Shown piece after piece: positions 1 through 14,123 of a stretch of DNA of 64,000 nt. The notes under the pieces are model-generated. The model worked only from the letters and a program-made list of their open reading frames with translations, ran no database searches and was not told the origin of the DNA. Position 1 is the stretch's first letter; the number at the start of each line of letters is the position of its first letter. Source of the stretch: Octopus vulgaris (Eukaryota). Location of the stretch: assembly GCA_951406725.2 (NCBI GenBank), contig OX597818.1, forward strand, positions 113,026,001-113,090,000, read 5' to 3'. Position numbers and translations under genes: made by a program.

Positions 1-125
1 ATATATTTTGGTTTGTGGACAGCGTATTCTAAACAGATCTTCCAGTTCATTTGTTTTGCACGTTCATTGGATTGGACAACGATTCTTTGATAGGGAATAT
101 ATTTTCCTATTTATTTCCTTTTCGT

Positions 126-288
126 GGCGCAGGTGCGATTGTGCGTTAAGAAGGAAGCTTCCCAGTCACATGGTTCTGGGTTCAGTTCCGCTTCGTGGTA
201 CCTTACACAGCTGTCTTCGACTATTGTCTTACGCTCGACTAATGTCTCGAGAAGAGATGCGGTAGACAGAAACTGAACGAAAACCGCC

Positions 289-365
<77 letters not shown>

Positions 366-588
366 TGTGTGTGTGCATTTGTGTCTGCGTTTGTCCCCCA
401 CTACTGCCTGACAACCGGTTTGGGTGCGTTTACGAACCCGTAACTTAGCGCTTCGTCAAAAAGCTTCAGATAGAATAAGTACCAGCCTTTAAAATATTAA
501 GCACTGGGGTCGATTAGTTCGACTAAAATCCTTCAAGGAGCTGCCCTAATATGACCGCAGTCTAATGAGTGAAAAAGTAAAAGATAAA
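126..588 (+). mobile_element. tRNA-derived SINE, family A (CORE-like central motif, internal microsatellite), diverged copy
   Basis: Colinear with the best copy at 36388-36805: head ggcgcagg..ggttcagttcc, internal (TA)n(TG)n, tail gtaaaaga. Confidence 0.8.
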
Positions 589-1569
589 ATTAGATTCCAA
601 TAATAGGGTGGAGAAGGATCGAACTCTTGCACAGTCATCATCTATTTATACGCACCGTGTCACCTAAATATGACGCTGAGCTTATTAACGCACATCATTT
701 CATCTTAGTTTGAAAGTAATGTTATTGTTCCTGGAGAAATTAACTTCTTTTTTTTTTAGCTCCCCGTATTTCCACACGTATGTACATAATTCTGTCTAAA
801 TATTTATAGTTGATATTTAAATTTTATATGTTTTACTAATTAATGTGTTTATCATCTGAGATGATCATGTTTTGTGCTTCTCATCAGTTGAAAAGATCAC
901 GTAGATTTGAAACTGTTATACCATCAGAGAAAATGTGACAGACAGTATTTACACCTTAATTACTTTTACTGTACATTTTTTTCTCGTCAAAGTTTCGTAT
1001 TTCACCAGCCGGCTTAATATGATTAAAGTGAAGTACATGATTGATATTATTTTATCCGTGATATATCAGTAAGCATTTCATAGATTTAATTGTTGCAGAG
1101 GAGAAATAATTAAAGTTGTAAAGAACTTCTAAAATAATTAAAATGTCTTGACATAATTAACAAAAACGTGTTAGCGTCGTATCTATTAGTACCAACTTGT
1201 TTTTATGCTCCGTGACAATTCATGACATGTTATTCATCAAATAGCTCAAAAACTTTAAGAAGATTTACACAGAAGTAATATCATAAATCAAATTGTTAAC
1301 AGGTAATTGTAAACTAAAACTTCAAACACCAAAACTGTTCTGAATATACATTTTCGGAATGTTTTTCTTTACTTGTAATTTCTTAAATTTTATAGATTTT
1401 ATCAACCGGTATCATCTTGTTATCTGCAAGCATTTTTAGATATATACAAATATTTGTACTTGTAGATAAGGAGAATAAAACAGAAACACAACTGATGCTT
1501 TTAGGAAGACAATATCAAATTATACTTCAAGAAGTTGAGAGACATATTTAAGAATTGTATATAAAAATG

Positions 1570-1933
1570 TGGCACTCCGTCGGTTACGACGGCGAGGGTT
1601 CCGATTGATCCGATCTACGGAACAGCCTGTTCGGGAAATTAACGTGCAAGTGGTTGACCACTCCACAGACACGTGCACATCTTAACGTAGTTCTCGGAGA
1701 GATTCAACGTATCACAGAGTGTGACGAGGCTGGCCCTTCGAAATACAGGTACAAGGGACACCGAGGGAGAGAAAGTTGTGGTCAAAGAGTACAGCATAGT
1801 TCGCTACCACCACCACCCTGCCGGTGCCTCGTGTTTTCGCTCAATAAACACTCACAACGCCCAGTCTGGGAATCGAAACTGCGGTCCTACGACCACGAGT
1901 CCGCTGCCTTAATAACTGGGCCATTGTGCATCC
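1570..1933 (-). mobile_element. tRNA-derived SINE, family C
   Basis: Minus-strand head with A/B-box-like tggcccagt..gtttcgattccc; body shared with 46398-46700, 13990-14123 and 28590-28920. Confidence 0.8.
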
Positions 1934-2230
1934 ACGTACAAATGTAAATAAAAAAGATACAAGGCGATTTTCTATATGTTTGATTCGTGCTGCAATGAAG
2001 AAGTAGGATATGATCTTTGCTATATGTAATGTTTTTCTCCGCGCTAAAGAATGACTTCCAGGAAATTCGAAATTTGCTGTGAGTCATAGATTTATGCACA
2101 ACCTTACAAATACACTGCACATATGTATGCAAAAATATATAAAGATGCTTATACATACATACATACATGCATGCATGCATGCATACATACATGCATACAT
2201 ATAAATACATGTGTATGTTTGTGTCTGCTT

Positions 2231-2510
2231 ATTTCTTTTCTACACTAGGCACAAGGTCTATATATATATATACAGGAATCATATCGAAAATGAAAGCTAG
2301 CTATATATGCTCCTCCCTCTTTGGACTGTTCGCTTTCCCATAAAAAATTTCTGTGAGGGAGCGGCCAGTCGATTAGATCGACCTCAGTGCGCAACTGGTA
2401 CATAATTTATCGACCCCGAAAGGATGAAAGGCAAAGTCGACCTCGACGGAATTTGAACTAAGAACGTAAAGACAGTCAAAACACCGCCAAGCATTTCGCC
2501 CGGCGTGCCA
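2231..2510 (-). mobile_element. SINE family B carrying a ~95 bp insertion
   Basis: Contains tcgaccccgaaaggatgaaaggcaaagtcgacctcg, matching 33880-34086; interrupted at 2259-2352. Confidence 0.8.
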
Positions 2511-3218
2511 GAGAAAAGAGTATACCTATTTTTACTTTTTCATGTGATTCTTATATTATTATTATTAGAGTAGTTGTGGACGGTGTGATTCCGCCTTGGT
2601 TTTAGGATCTTCAGCACGACAGAACTGTATGTTTTAAAGTTTGTCCACCTAAAGTCATTTAAGAGTTGAAATTGAAGATGATAAAATTTTTTCCTTAATA
2701 ACTTACAAAAGATGGAACGAGTGACAGAAACAAAGACAGAAATCCCTTTTGTGGTTCTTGAAGCTATTCTGCATGCCATAATTTATTCTTATTAATATTT
2801 TGTAGCTCCAGTATAACTTTGCCTAGCGTTATGTTCTGTGTAGTAACATTGACTGTTCTCGCTACAGGTAACACGCTGGCCAGCGTGTGTTCTCAGGTGC
2901 AAATTATGAATTTCTGGCTGTGTTCATTTTGCGTTATCCTGCCTGTTTCAACTCGCCATGGCCTCTTGCCATCAATTTCAATGGATAGAAACTGAAGTCC
3001 AGCCAATGCCTCAACTACACGTGTTCTGTTCGCAGGAGGGGGTTATACAATGGTAGCGAGAGAAAGAGGAAGAATGGTAAATGATTGTGTGACTGCGTAA
3101 ATAGATAGAATAGCGACTAAGCTTTTTTTTGTGTGTGTTGAGAAAATTTTTATGGGAGAGCGAACAGTCCAAAGAGGGAGGAGCATATATAGCTAGCTTT
3201 CATTTTTGCTATGATTCC

Positions 3219-3264
<46 letters not shown>

Positions 3265-3329
3265 GGGGTGTGTCTGTGTGTGTGTGTGCGCGCGCGCGCG
3301 TGCGGGCGTGTGTGTATGCGTGTATATTC

Positions 3330-3389
<60 letters not shown>

Positions 3390-3448
3390 ATAGATATAGA
3401 TAGATAGATGGTAGATAGATAGATATATAGATATAGATAGACAGATAG

Positions 3449-3488
<40 letters not shown>

Positions 3489-3566
3489 GCATACATACAA
3501 ATATATATACATAGATACATAGATTCAAACATACATATACATACATACACACGCACACACACACAT

Positions 3567-3601
<35 letters not shown>

Positions 3602-3702
3602 GGTTATGAGAGGGAATGTAAAGGGCTATTTATAAATGTTCTAAAATCCTCACAGCGTTGGTCTTTAATCTCATTCTGAAAAAAAAATAGATATATAAAA
3701 AT

Positions 3703-3973
3703 CCTTGTGAGAGGATTTGGTAGACGGAAACTGACGGTAGCTGGTAGTATATATGTATATTTATATGTATATGTGTCTATATGTTTGTGTGTTTGTGTTT
3801 GTCCCCCTCCCCCAATATCGCTTAACAAACGAAGCAGGTGTGTTTACGTCCCCGTAACTTAGCGGTTCGGCAAATGAGAACAATAGAATAAGTCCTTGGG
3901 TCGATCTGCTCGACTGAAGGGGGTGTTCTAGCATGGCCACAGTCAAATGAGTGAAACAAGTGATAGAGTAAAA

Positions 3974-3977
<4 letters not shown>
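3703..3977 (+). mobile_element. SINE family A, 5'-truncated
   Basis: ccttgtgag..ggatttggtagacggaaactga followed by the tail segment. Confidence 0.75.
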
Positions 3978-4024
<47 letters not shown>

Positions 4025-4026
<2 letters not shown>

Positions 4027-4435
4027 AACTTAGATAAACTTAGATATGTTTCCACCAAAGATTGGTCCAGGCTATGTCTAACTTAATAGCACCACCTGAT
4101 AGGATTATCTGAATCCTGTTTAAGTCAAGTTTTGCTTATGGTCCATTCAGGTAGTGAGTTTTTGTTGGATGAGTTGCATCCAATTATGAGTGGCTCATCC
4201 GGTATTCCTTGAAGAAATCTATCCAGACTCCGTTTAAGGTTGATGGGATCCTTTTCCTCTTTGATCTCTTTCGGGGCAATGCTAAACAGGGCAGGGTCTG
4301 TTGAGGAAAAGAAATTATGCTGCTGTGATCCTGAATTGGGCAGGTGACGTATGACCTGTGGTCCCAGGCTTGGATGAACCTTGAAACTAATGTTCAGGTC
4401 GTTTGGGCAAAGTTGGCGGTATATTCTCCACATTG
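4025..4435 (-). mobile_element. 3' end of a CR1-group LINE (L2/Crack/Daphne-like), ORF2 C-terminus plus 3' UTR
   Basis: Translation ends LKRSLDRFLQGIPDEP..NSL, typical of CR1-group C-termini; tail of short tandem repeats (atctaagttt)x2. Confidence 0.7.
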
Positions 4436-4450
4436 TATATATATATATGC

Positions 4451-4487
<37 letters not shown>

Positions 4488-4585
4488 GAGAGAAAGAGAG
4501 AGAGAGAGAGATTTGTGTGTATATGTTAGTGTGAGTCGGTGCGTGTATATTTATAAATACACTCATATATGGAAACACACGCACG

Positions 4586-4628
<43 letters not shown>

Positions 4629-4656
4629 CAGCATATCGTGCAGCGTATCGAATTAT

Positions 4657-4739
<83 letters not shown>

Positions 4740-5282
4740 TTATATTATATTATATTATATCATATTTCGATATGCTCTACGTCTTCTGTAGGTATATATT
4801 TCAGAAAGTTCACCACTCCATTAAAATATAGAATACCCATTATTTATTGCTCTCTACCTTTTTATACGTTATTCTTAATGAAATATTCTGAGTGTAAATC
4901 TAAAACGGAGACAACATTCTGTAAGTTTGGAAAACCTGAAGTCCTTATGCATCTCTATTATAAGATGAAATATTCATCAAATAATAAATGACCAGGAAAA
5001 GCGTCGTCATTGAAAAATCCCATGTGTTATTTAGATTCCCATCATGCACTACTGTAAGATGTACGTATCGTTGGTGCATTAATGGCGGTTAATTCTTTAC
5101 GAATATGCCATTTATCTATGTTCTATTACTACTTCGATCGCATTTATTATTTAAGTATATTAAGAGTACAAGCAGACACACACACATACGCACACATACA
5201 CACTAACAAACAAATATATATGTGTGTACTTATACTCACAATATGCATTCATTATATATACATACATATATGCATAAGTACA

Positions 5283-5592
<310 letters not shown>

Positions 5593-7124
5593 AGTTTCTT
5601 TATTGGCCACACAGGGCTGCACACAGATGGGACAAAATACAAGGTAGAGCTCTTCTTTTGGGGGATAAAAAAAAAACAAAAAACAAAAAACAAGAGAAAC
5701 AAAAAAAAATTGCGTAGGTTTTCGCTCAAAAGGGATCGTGAAAGGGGAAAAAAGGAGAAAAAAAGAAACAAAAGAAGAGAAAAAGGAAAAAAAGAGGAAT
5801 AAAGAGGAAAAAGGGGGAAGAGAAAAAAGCGATCAATAGGGATCGTGTATCACAGTGTCATGATGTACGGTGTAAAGGGGGAAGCAGATAAGGTTTATCC
5901 GTGGGAAGAAAAGCCTACGAAAAAGACCACGTTAACCTCGGTCAATATTGTTATATGTTACCACATTTGTTTGCAAGTGGGTAACCCTCTGTTTTCAATT
6001 TCTGGGTTCATAGGACTATGCTCAAGGTGGCTTCGTCATTCATACGTGCCATCCTTGCTACATTCACCCATCTTTTTTTAAATCATTCGCTAGACAAAAC
6101 TTGCCTCTCTACTCTCACTTTCCTTTTCAAGTGGTACTTGAAGAAGTTGATGAGAAATTGACCAGAGAGGAAAGTGTTTGTCTTCAATCCTTTCAGACGC
6201 GTCCACCAGATACGTTCTTTCGCCATAGCCACAAGGATGATGAAAATAGCTCTTCCTTCCCGTTTGAAGGAAGGAGGCGTGACAATATTAACGATAGACT
6301 CAGCTGATAAACCGACTCGTCCCACACGTGACAGCAGTTGTTCTACATAAGCCCACAGGTCGGAAATTGTTGGACAATGCACGAGTGCGTGCAGAACGGT
6401 TTCGTCGCTCTGACCGCATATAGGGCAGGTCGGCCCCGTGTTTCTCGAGCCGTGTCTGTAGAGCTTATCCCGACCGGGTAGCGCTTCTCGGTAGCACTGC
6501 CAGGCCAGGGATCTCTGGAAGTTGTCCATGGGCCCTGGCCCGAAAGTCGTCCCGAACAGACGGGTCAGGTATTCCTCGTCGACGTCCAGGTTCGCCCCGA
6601 GCTCGTCGTCGTACCTCCCCTCCACTAATCTCCTATAGAATGCTTTGGTTGTGATGGAGTCACACAAGGTCGATCCAGGACGGCAGAGTTGCTTGAGAGC
6701 AACGCGACACTCGCGGTGCCATTCGCCCTTCCTCGGCCTCTTTTTGATCTACGACTGCAGTTCGGTCATGGAGATGAGTTGCGGGAAAGCGTGCCCCACA
6801 AACGGCGACCAGACCTGTTCACCGTCGTCTCCGAAGAGCCTGAGATGTCGCAGTCTCAGCGCGTGTCTGCGCATCATCAACTACGGCATGCCCAGTCCTC
6901 CTTTTAACGGGTGTTGACGGCAAATGGATCGCCTGACCATCGGGACGCATCCTTTTCACAAGAAGCGAAAGAGAACGCGTTCTAGTTTGGTGATGGTAGG
7001 GTCGGGACAAGGCACGACGGTCAGGCGGTAGTAGATGACGGACGCGATGTACGTGTTCGCCACCTCCGCCCGACCTTTTAGTGACAGTTTCTTTCGGCCC
7101 ATTGCCGGGCGAGAGTGACCAAAC
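5593..7124 (-). mobile_element. 5'-truncated Tx1/L1-like non-LTR retrotransposon within (GATA)n
   Basis: GC-rich island; ORF2 remnants [25 protein letters not shown] and CPICGQSDETVLHALVHC (C-terminal CCHC knuckle); 3' UTR ends aataaagaaact and runs directly into (TATC)n. Confidence 0.85.
6083..7120 (-). pseudogene. Frameshifted C-terminal part of Tx1/L1-like ORF2 (post-RT region and zinc knuckle)
   Basis: Track ORFs 6083-6667 and 6956-7288 (non-microsatellite part) lie in different frames. Confidence 0.8.
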
Positions 7125-7180
7125 AGATTGATTGATAGATAGATAGATAGATAGATTGATAGATAGATAGACAGACAGAC

Positions 7181-7268
<88 letters not shown>
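7125..7268. repeat. (GATA)n microsatellite
   Basis: Read directly from the sequence. Confidence 0.95.
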
Positions 7269-7269
<1 letters not shown>

Positions 7270-8086
7270 TGCATACATATATTTGCATTTATTGGTGCGG
7301 CTGATATTAAAGATACTTTCTCTTTTTTCTTATATTTATCGTTTGCTCCCTTCGTATTTATCGTTTCCGATCTGTGTGCGTGCAACAGAGCGATGCAAAG
7401 TCGATACAGTTGAACATATGGATATATTTGAATATCGTATTGATTTGTTTTCAACGCGGAAAACAAAATATAATAACATGAGTTAAAGATATATACACAC
7501 TAAATTTTGAATAATATACAGTATTGTTTATTATGCAGAAACATCAGTGGATGAATAAAACACTGTTTTCTATCCATTAATATCATTTGCCCATATGTCC
7601 GAGGAGAATCGTGGGAGTAAGGTCTTCATGCAGATCTCCTATAAGGTCTTGTGGAAATCAATTAATTTGGTGATAAGAGGAGTGCATGAACGAAATATTC
7701 ATATTTCGAGGTTTGGAATTAAAAAACAAATGTATTTTTTATCCCCGGTTTCGCTCTCCTGCTCCTTCACTATCAAGCACTTTCGCTCTTCACAAAGCTG
7801 GCAGCACCTAACGTGTTTTTGCCTCGAATCAAGCATTAAACAAGTCCTGCATCTCTTGCAACATTGTATTACCTTTACTTCCTGGAAACTATATCACCTC
7901 TATCTGATTTCATTAACACATTTTCTCAATCCGTGTAAACTAACATTTTTGCGCACCCTGTTTATTAATATTCTTTTTAATATCCTTTCAAACTTCTCTT
8001 CAACGTATTATATATACATATACATACATACACCCCCCTCCACACACACACATACACACACGTACATACACACACATACATATATG

Positions 8087-8161
<75 letters not shown>

Positions 8162-8212
8162 GGAGAGAGAGAGAGAGATTTAGATATAGATATAGATTTA
8201 TATTTCTATGTG

Positions 8213-8700
8213 TAAAGTAACAGTTTAGAAAAAAAGCCGTTTCATAACTAGCGTGAACTAGACATATCTTCAGTTTTACTAAACGATAACGTTTCTCTGC
8301 AAAGAATGTTTTTTTTTCTAAACACAAGAACGCCGTTTATAGTTCAAGACATATTCCTCATAAAAAAATTATGGCTGGGCGTGTTGTCTTCCTTCGTTTG
8401 ATAACAAGTTTTTCTAATTTTGAAGTAAAAATTTTCGAAAATGTGGAGAAGTCCCCACGGTTTCCGTCCTGATGTTCAGGTAGCCTCCTGGCTTAGGCGA
8501 GGTCATAAGGATTATATATTTGTTTGCCATACACAATTTACATATCTTGTTCCGTTGCTATAGGGTCCATAAGTTTCTAGTAATTTTCAGCTGATGTTAA
8601 AGGGTGTATGCTGCAAGTGTCGTTCTGCTGCGTCTTTCGGTTCCCTGAAAGAAGATCTCCTCTTGGGATTACACCCTAAATATATCATGGCGTCTCATGT
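8213..8700 (-). mobile_element. Decayed 3' fragment of a PLE, second lineage (GIY-YIG C-terminus plus pLTR)
   Basis: Minus-strand remnants CKLCMA..YII and YLNIRTETVGTSPHFRKFLLQN* resemble the CxLCxxEK..LNxRxE..CRH terminus; followed by an HHR-like motif. Confidence 0.55.
8224..8283 (-). ncRNA. Degenerate minimal type I hammerhead ribozyme
   Basis: tttagtaaaa-CTGAAGA-t-atgtctag ttcacg ctagttat-GAAA-cggc-TT-tttttctaaa; stem III imperfect. Confidence 0.5.
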
Positions 8701-8726
8701 GGCTTTTTAAACCAGACGTTGTACTG

Positions 8727-8970
8727 AAATTCAAATCGGACCATGTTAACACCAAAAGTTATTTACATCAAAAAGGTGCTTTTTTTTAATAAAAATCCTT
8801 ATTTTTTTACGCTTTTTGACATTTGTGTCGCCATTTTTCGGTGTATTTCAACCGCAAAAATGTTCACTTAAAGAAAATAACAAGCTACGTAATGCAAAAT
8901 ATTTACTTTTCAAAAATTCCAATTCTAAAGGGTCGAAAGAAACCCGAGGAAAACCGGGCGTTACTGCTAG
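8727..8970 (+). mobile_element. Non-autonomous Helitron-like element, 3' part
   Basis: Closely matches 26581-26822; subterminal GC hairpin, then terminal CTAG followed by T. Confidence 0.7.
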
Positions 8971-8990
8971 TATATATATATATATATATA

Positions 8991-9069
<79 letters not shown>

Positions 9070-9650
9070 CATGTTTGTATGTATTATTTATGTATTTAAT
9101 GTATATGTATATGTAAACAGGAAATTGGAAGAAAAATTTTTCGCGATTACTTATTGAGCTGTTAACCATGTTCTGATGCAGAAAATATCGTTCAGTATTT
9201 GGAATCCCGGAATGAGCATTTGCATTCCAAGAAGACTGTTTGGATTTTCATCCTTCCTACATTATGTGTGAGTGTGTGTGTATGTGCGCGCGCTTGTGTG
9301 CGTGGATCGAATATTTTATAAATGAGGAAAATATCCAGACTTCCTTGATATATTTCGTAATAAGCCAGATGATGCCTTACAACTCTACAATTGGTGTTAC
9401 TTCAACTGCCCTTTGAAGAAATATAAGAGTGTGTGGAATCAATGGCGAATTTGTAAGTCTTCACTAACTTAATCGAAGAAATATCACCTCTACTTCTATA
9501 ACACAGTAAGGTATGGTCTCGTTGGTCAGTGAACGAGAAATAATATACGTGTATGTGCCACAGTGTGTTAATATTCATTTATTTATTCTTCTCGTGTTGG
9601 TATCATTTCACATACAACACTCGTAAGAGCACGGTATCCTAATTGCAATA

Positions 9651-10058
9651 CGGCGAGCTGGCAGAAACGTTAGCACGCTGGGCGAAATGCTTACCGTTAT
9701 TTCGTCTGCCGCTTCGTTCTGAGTTCAAATTCCGCCGAGGTCGACTTTGCCTTTCATCCTTTAGGGGTCGATTAAACAAGTACCAGTTACGCACTGGGGT
9801 CGATGTAATCGACTTAATCCGTTTGTCTGTCCTTGTTTGTCCTCTCTGTGTTTAGCCCCTTGTGGGTAGTAAAGAAATAGGTTTCGTCTGCCGTTATGTT
9901 CTGAGTTCAAATTCCGCCGAGGTTGACTTTGCCTTTCATCCTTTCGTTGTCGATTAAATAATTGTCAGTTACTGGGGTCGATATAATCGACTTAATCCGT
10001 CTGTGTGTCCTTGTTTGTTCCCTCTGTATTTAGCCCCTTGTGGGAAGTAAAGAAATAG
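9651..10058 (+). mobile_element. SINE family B, full copy plus a head-truncated tandem second unit
   Basis: Head ggcgagctggcagaaacgttagc; B-box gagttcaaattcc; body repeated from about 9883. Confidence 0.85.
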
Positions 10059-10745
10059 GTATCCTAACTACAATACAGGTTGTCAAGCCATGAGAGAAAC
10101 ATTGATGTACAAAAGCATTTACAAACAGACATAGATGTGTAGTGGTTTGTGGTCTGTAGCTAAAAGAGTTGGATAAACTATCTTCCAGAAAATTTTATAA
10201 ATTAATCTTCCTTGAATATGTTTCTCGAAACATATACGTCATAAGAAGTAATTCTTAACTATTGAAGGAGCTTCGCGTTTCTCCTGGAAGATTCTAGAAT
10301 GTCTAGCGTTCCATTAATAAAAACAACTTGCTTACCCTGCTCTTTGCTTCTTAGTTGACTAGATTCTGAACAATTCACGTCGTTGCCTGTCTTTTCTCTA
10401 TGCCACATGACTGAAAACCGCCACTTAGCTGTTATTTATACATTTCTGAACTTCCTTGCATAGATTACTTCATTCAGCTAGATTCTACCTTTTGATTATA
10501 TTTCATCAACAACCAATGAATAATATATACTTTTATATAGTAAATATATAGTTCGTGAATTTCCTCTTCTTCTTCTCTGTAAGGATTCTTCTAATAATAA
10601 ACATGCAGCCGTTTCAGTACTTAATACTGAACATATATTCTCGCTAAAAATACATACTTACGCATATTCGCTTCGGATATTATTCCTCAATCAAATTCCT
10701 TCACGAGGTATTAATTGTACAGGGCATATATAAAAATCTGAATTG

Positions 10746-10947
10746 CGGCGAGTAGGCAGTATCGTTAGCACGCCGGACCAAATACTTAGCGGAATTTCGT
10801 CCGCCGAGATCAACTTTGTCTTTCAGCTATTCGTAGTCGATGAAATAAATGCCAGTTACGCACTGGGGTCGATCTAATCGATTTAATCCCTTCATCTGTC
10901 CTTGTTTCTGCCCTCTATGTTTAGCCACCTGTGGGCAATAAAGAAAT
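10746..10947 (+). mobile_element. SINE family B, internally deleted
   Basis: Same head and tail as the 9651 copy. Confidence 0.75.
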
Positions 10948-10950
10948 ATA

Positions 10951-11312
10951 TAAGGTGATTCAAAAGTCTCCATACATAGGACAAAAATAATTTTTTATAA
11001 AAACAGTTTACAAGATCTCCAAGATCCCCTGACCTGACCCCTCTTGATTGCTATCTTTGGGGCATGGTGTATCGCAGAAAGATAAAAGACATAAATAATT
11101 TGAAGGAACGCATCACCAAATCGCTTGGATACGTGTCACCAGATGTGCTATTACGAGTTCACACTGAATGGATTAAACATATTGCAATGTGTATTCAAAA
11201 CAATGGTAACCGTATAGATCTTGTTAAATAAAAAAAACAAAGCTGTTCTTATAAACTGTTTCTTATAAAATGATAAATTGTTCCTATGTATGGCGACTTT
11301 TGAATCACCCTG
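10951..11312 (+). mobile_element. Internally deleted Tc1/mariner-superfamily DNA transposon
   Basis: ~30 bp TIRs (ggtgattcaaaagtc-ccatacatagg) flanked by TA; interior encodes RSPDLTPLDCYLWG, the third catalytic-residue motif. Confidence 0.85.
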
Positions 11313-11424
11313 TAGATTAAAATCTACACTCCTTAGTTGCCTCACAGTGGTACTTAACGCGATAAAAAAATATTGTGGCGAAATAAACTACTTAAACTGC
11401 ATCTATTTATACTTGTGTTTATGT

Positions 11425-11668
11425 GGAGGCGCCAGCTTTGTGGATAGAGCATTCCGTCCACGTTGCTCCTCTTCAGTCAGCTGCTAAAAACGAGTAGAAC
11501 CCGTAATCCAAAACGACCAGCCCTTTCACATTCTGTGTCACGCTGAATCTCCCTGAGAACTATTTGAATGGTAAATGTGTCTGTGGAGTGCTCAGCCCCA
11601 TGCACGTTAATTTACAAGCAGGCTGTTCCGTTCAGGGGATCAAATGGAACCCTCGTCATCGAACTCGA
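11425..11668 (+). mobile_element. SINE family C, diverged
   Basis: gtgtcacgctgaatctccctgagaacta..gtgtctgtggagtgctcagcc body is the reverse complement of the 1570 copy. Confidence 0.7.
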
Positions 11669-12131
11669 TAAACTGTCAGTTTTTGTTACACTTGCTTTTA
11701 TAAATATTTCCATATATGTATGTACGACTTCATGTAGGAATATTACAAAACTAGAAGCTAGAATTGTGGTGTTTATATTGCGAATACATTACTCTAAGCT
11801 TATTAATATTTACATGTTCATCACGTATCTTTACTCCATGTATAAAAACAATTCTGCACACATTTTTTTAGCATTTTTACATGAAAGCAATGCCTTTCCT
11901 TTTTTAAAATTACTTTTTGGTATAATTTAAAAAGTTCCCCTCTAAATTAGTTTCACAATGTTTCATATGAAACTGTAGTAATTTCCAGAATATATATTGA
12001 ATCGTGAGCATAAGGTGAGAGGAAAAAATGTTTATTGCAGTTAAAATTTTGACTTTATAGATGCATACATATATGTGTGTGTGAGTGTTTCGTTATCATA
12101 TCCAATTATAATAAAAGCAATTTTAAGTTAA

Positions 12132-12164
<33 letters not shown>

Positions 12165-12243
12165 ACGTACACATAAATAAATAAATGAATATATATATGA
12201 CTCTGTATTTACATATACATATGTATGTAGATATATATAAATG

Positions 12244-12301
<58 letters not shown>

Positions 12302-13109
12302 CATACATGTATATATATAATATAGAGATATAGGTAGATGTATTGAAGGAATAAGTATAATCATGGTTATTGATATATGGGGTGAGGAATATCTGTGTGT
12401 GTATGTGTGTATATGTATATAACTCGAAAAAAAGAGGATTTCATATTAGAAAGTGCACGCTATATGTTAATAATTGCAAATAGTGTAACATTTTTGAAAA
12501 AGAAATGAAATCCACCTTTACAGAAGGTTGTAAATAAAGTACACTTAATATCAGATATTAGTTATGATTAAATAGTAATCGAAAAAATATAGAATTCCAT
12601 TCAGCAAAATTTTAGAATTTTCTAAACTTTCAAATGATGAAAAACATTAGCTGTATCTGTTATATTTAGTAATAAATATTGAATACTAACATAATAAAAT
12701 TATATTAACTACTATCTAACAAAGTATGATATTATTTTAATGTCGAAACCGAACGTAATCTTCTCAAGAACAATGCAAAATTAATATGTAAATTATACCA
12801 TTTTTTTAATGTTCGTTATAACATGTTATATATATATATATCATTTGTAGTTTGCATATGATGCGAGTAAGTCAATTTTCTTTAAAAAGATTACTAAGTG
12901 TAGCATTCGAATATATGTAAAAGGTTCGGAATTCTGATTTTGTAATCCAAGTACTTTTTCAAGTATTTGCATTTTTTTTTCTCGTTGTGTTCTTACTTTT
13001 AGAGACTATGTTGAAGATATCTGCTTCAAAGTGTTCGCATATCTGGAAAGCAAGCAAAATCCCATTGGCGATACAGACTGATGCCCCTTCGAAGATGAAC
13101 TCTTTTTTT

Positions 13110-13485
13110 TTTTACTCTTTTTACTTGTTTCACTCATTTGACTGCGGCCATGCTGGAGTACCACCTTTAGTCGAGCGAATTGACACCAGGACTTATTCTT
13201 TGAAAGCCTAGTACTTATTCTATCCGTCTCTTATGCCGAACCGCTAAGTTACGGGAACTTAAACACACAAACATCGGTTGTCAAGCGATGTTGGGGGAAC
13301 AAATGCAGACACACGAACATATACACACATATACAAATATATTTATACGTATATAGGACGGGCTTCTTTCAGTTTCCGTCTACCAAATCCACAAGACTTT
13401 GGTGGACCTGAGGCTATAGTAGAAGACCCTTCCCCAAGGTGCCACGCAGTGTGACTGAACCTTGAACCATGTGGTTGTTAAGCTG
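13110..13485 (-). mobile_element. SINE family A
   Basis: Reverse-complement match to 36388-36805. Confidence 0.85.
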
Positions 13486-13989
13486 GTGAAAGAGACTGAC
13501 AAGTGGGTGATACTAGAAATAAAAGCAAGGTAGGTAAAGAGGTAAGCCCAGTGAAAAGCCAAACTAGAAAACGGAAACATGAAGAGACGTACTTCTAAGA
13601 TTAGAGAGTGAGACAGAGAGAGGGGGAGACATACATACAGCCATACAGACAGTCTGATAGACAAAGACACATCCATCTTGGCCCACTGTTGTCTTCTTCT
13701 TACAATCAGGACTCACGCCATTAGCCACAAAGAACAATCTCTAATTCGAACCTACTCTAAGCTACTAAGAATGCATGTGGCGACTTGAAGATCCACCTAC
13801 CACACGCGATAGACTGGAGGTTGCACGGGCGCAAAAGCTACGTTGTTATCCTCATTCCGTAAACGGTAGCTTTTAAAGGGTGGAGAGCTAAACCATCCTG
13901 GGATACAGAGGATTCGCAATCTAGACTAGGGTCTGAAAGTTTACCACACCATAGTGAGTTACACCATGGTTCCTCTGCTTTGTGGCAGG

Positions 13990-14123
13990 AGTAGGAAGAA
14001 AGAGTGAGAGAAAGTTTTGGTGAAAGAGTACAGCGGGTTCACTACCACCACCAGTCTGGGAATCGAAACCGCGTTCTTACGACTGCGAGTTCGCTGCCTT
14101 AACCACTGGGCCATTGCGCCTCC
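13990..14123 (-). mobile_element. SINE family C, head fragment
   Basis: gtctgggaatcgaaacc..taaccactgggccattgcgcctcc. Confidence 0.75.

Noticed and set aside
2871-2888. 18 bp perfect palindrome acacgctggccagcgtgt
   Set aside because: Isolated, with no supporting context.
9365-9460. HHR-like cagatga-t-gcc..ggc-gaat-ttgtaag-tc
   Set aside because: Both core boxes are mutated and there is no convincing stem I.
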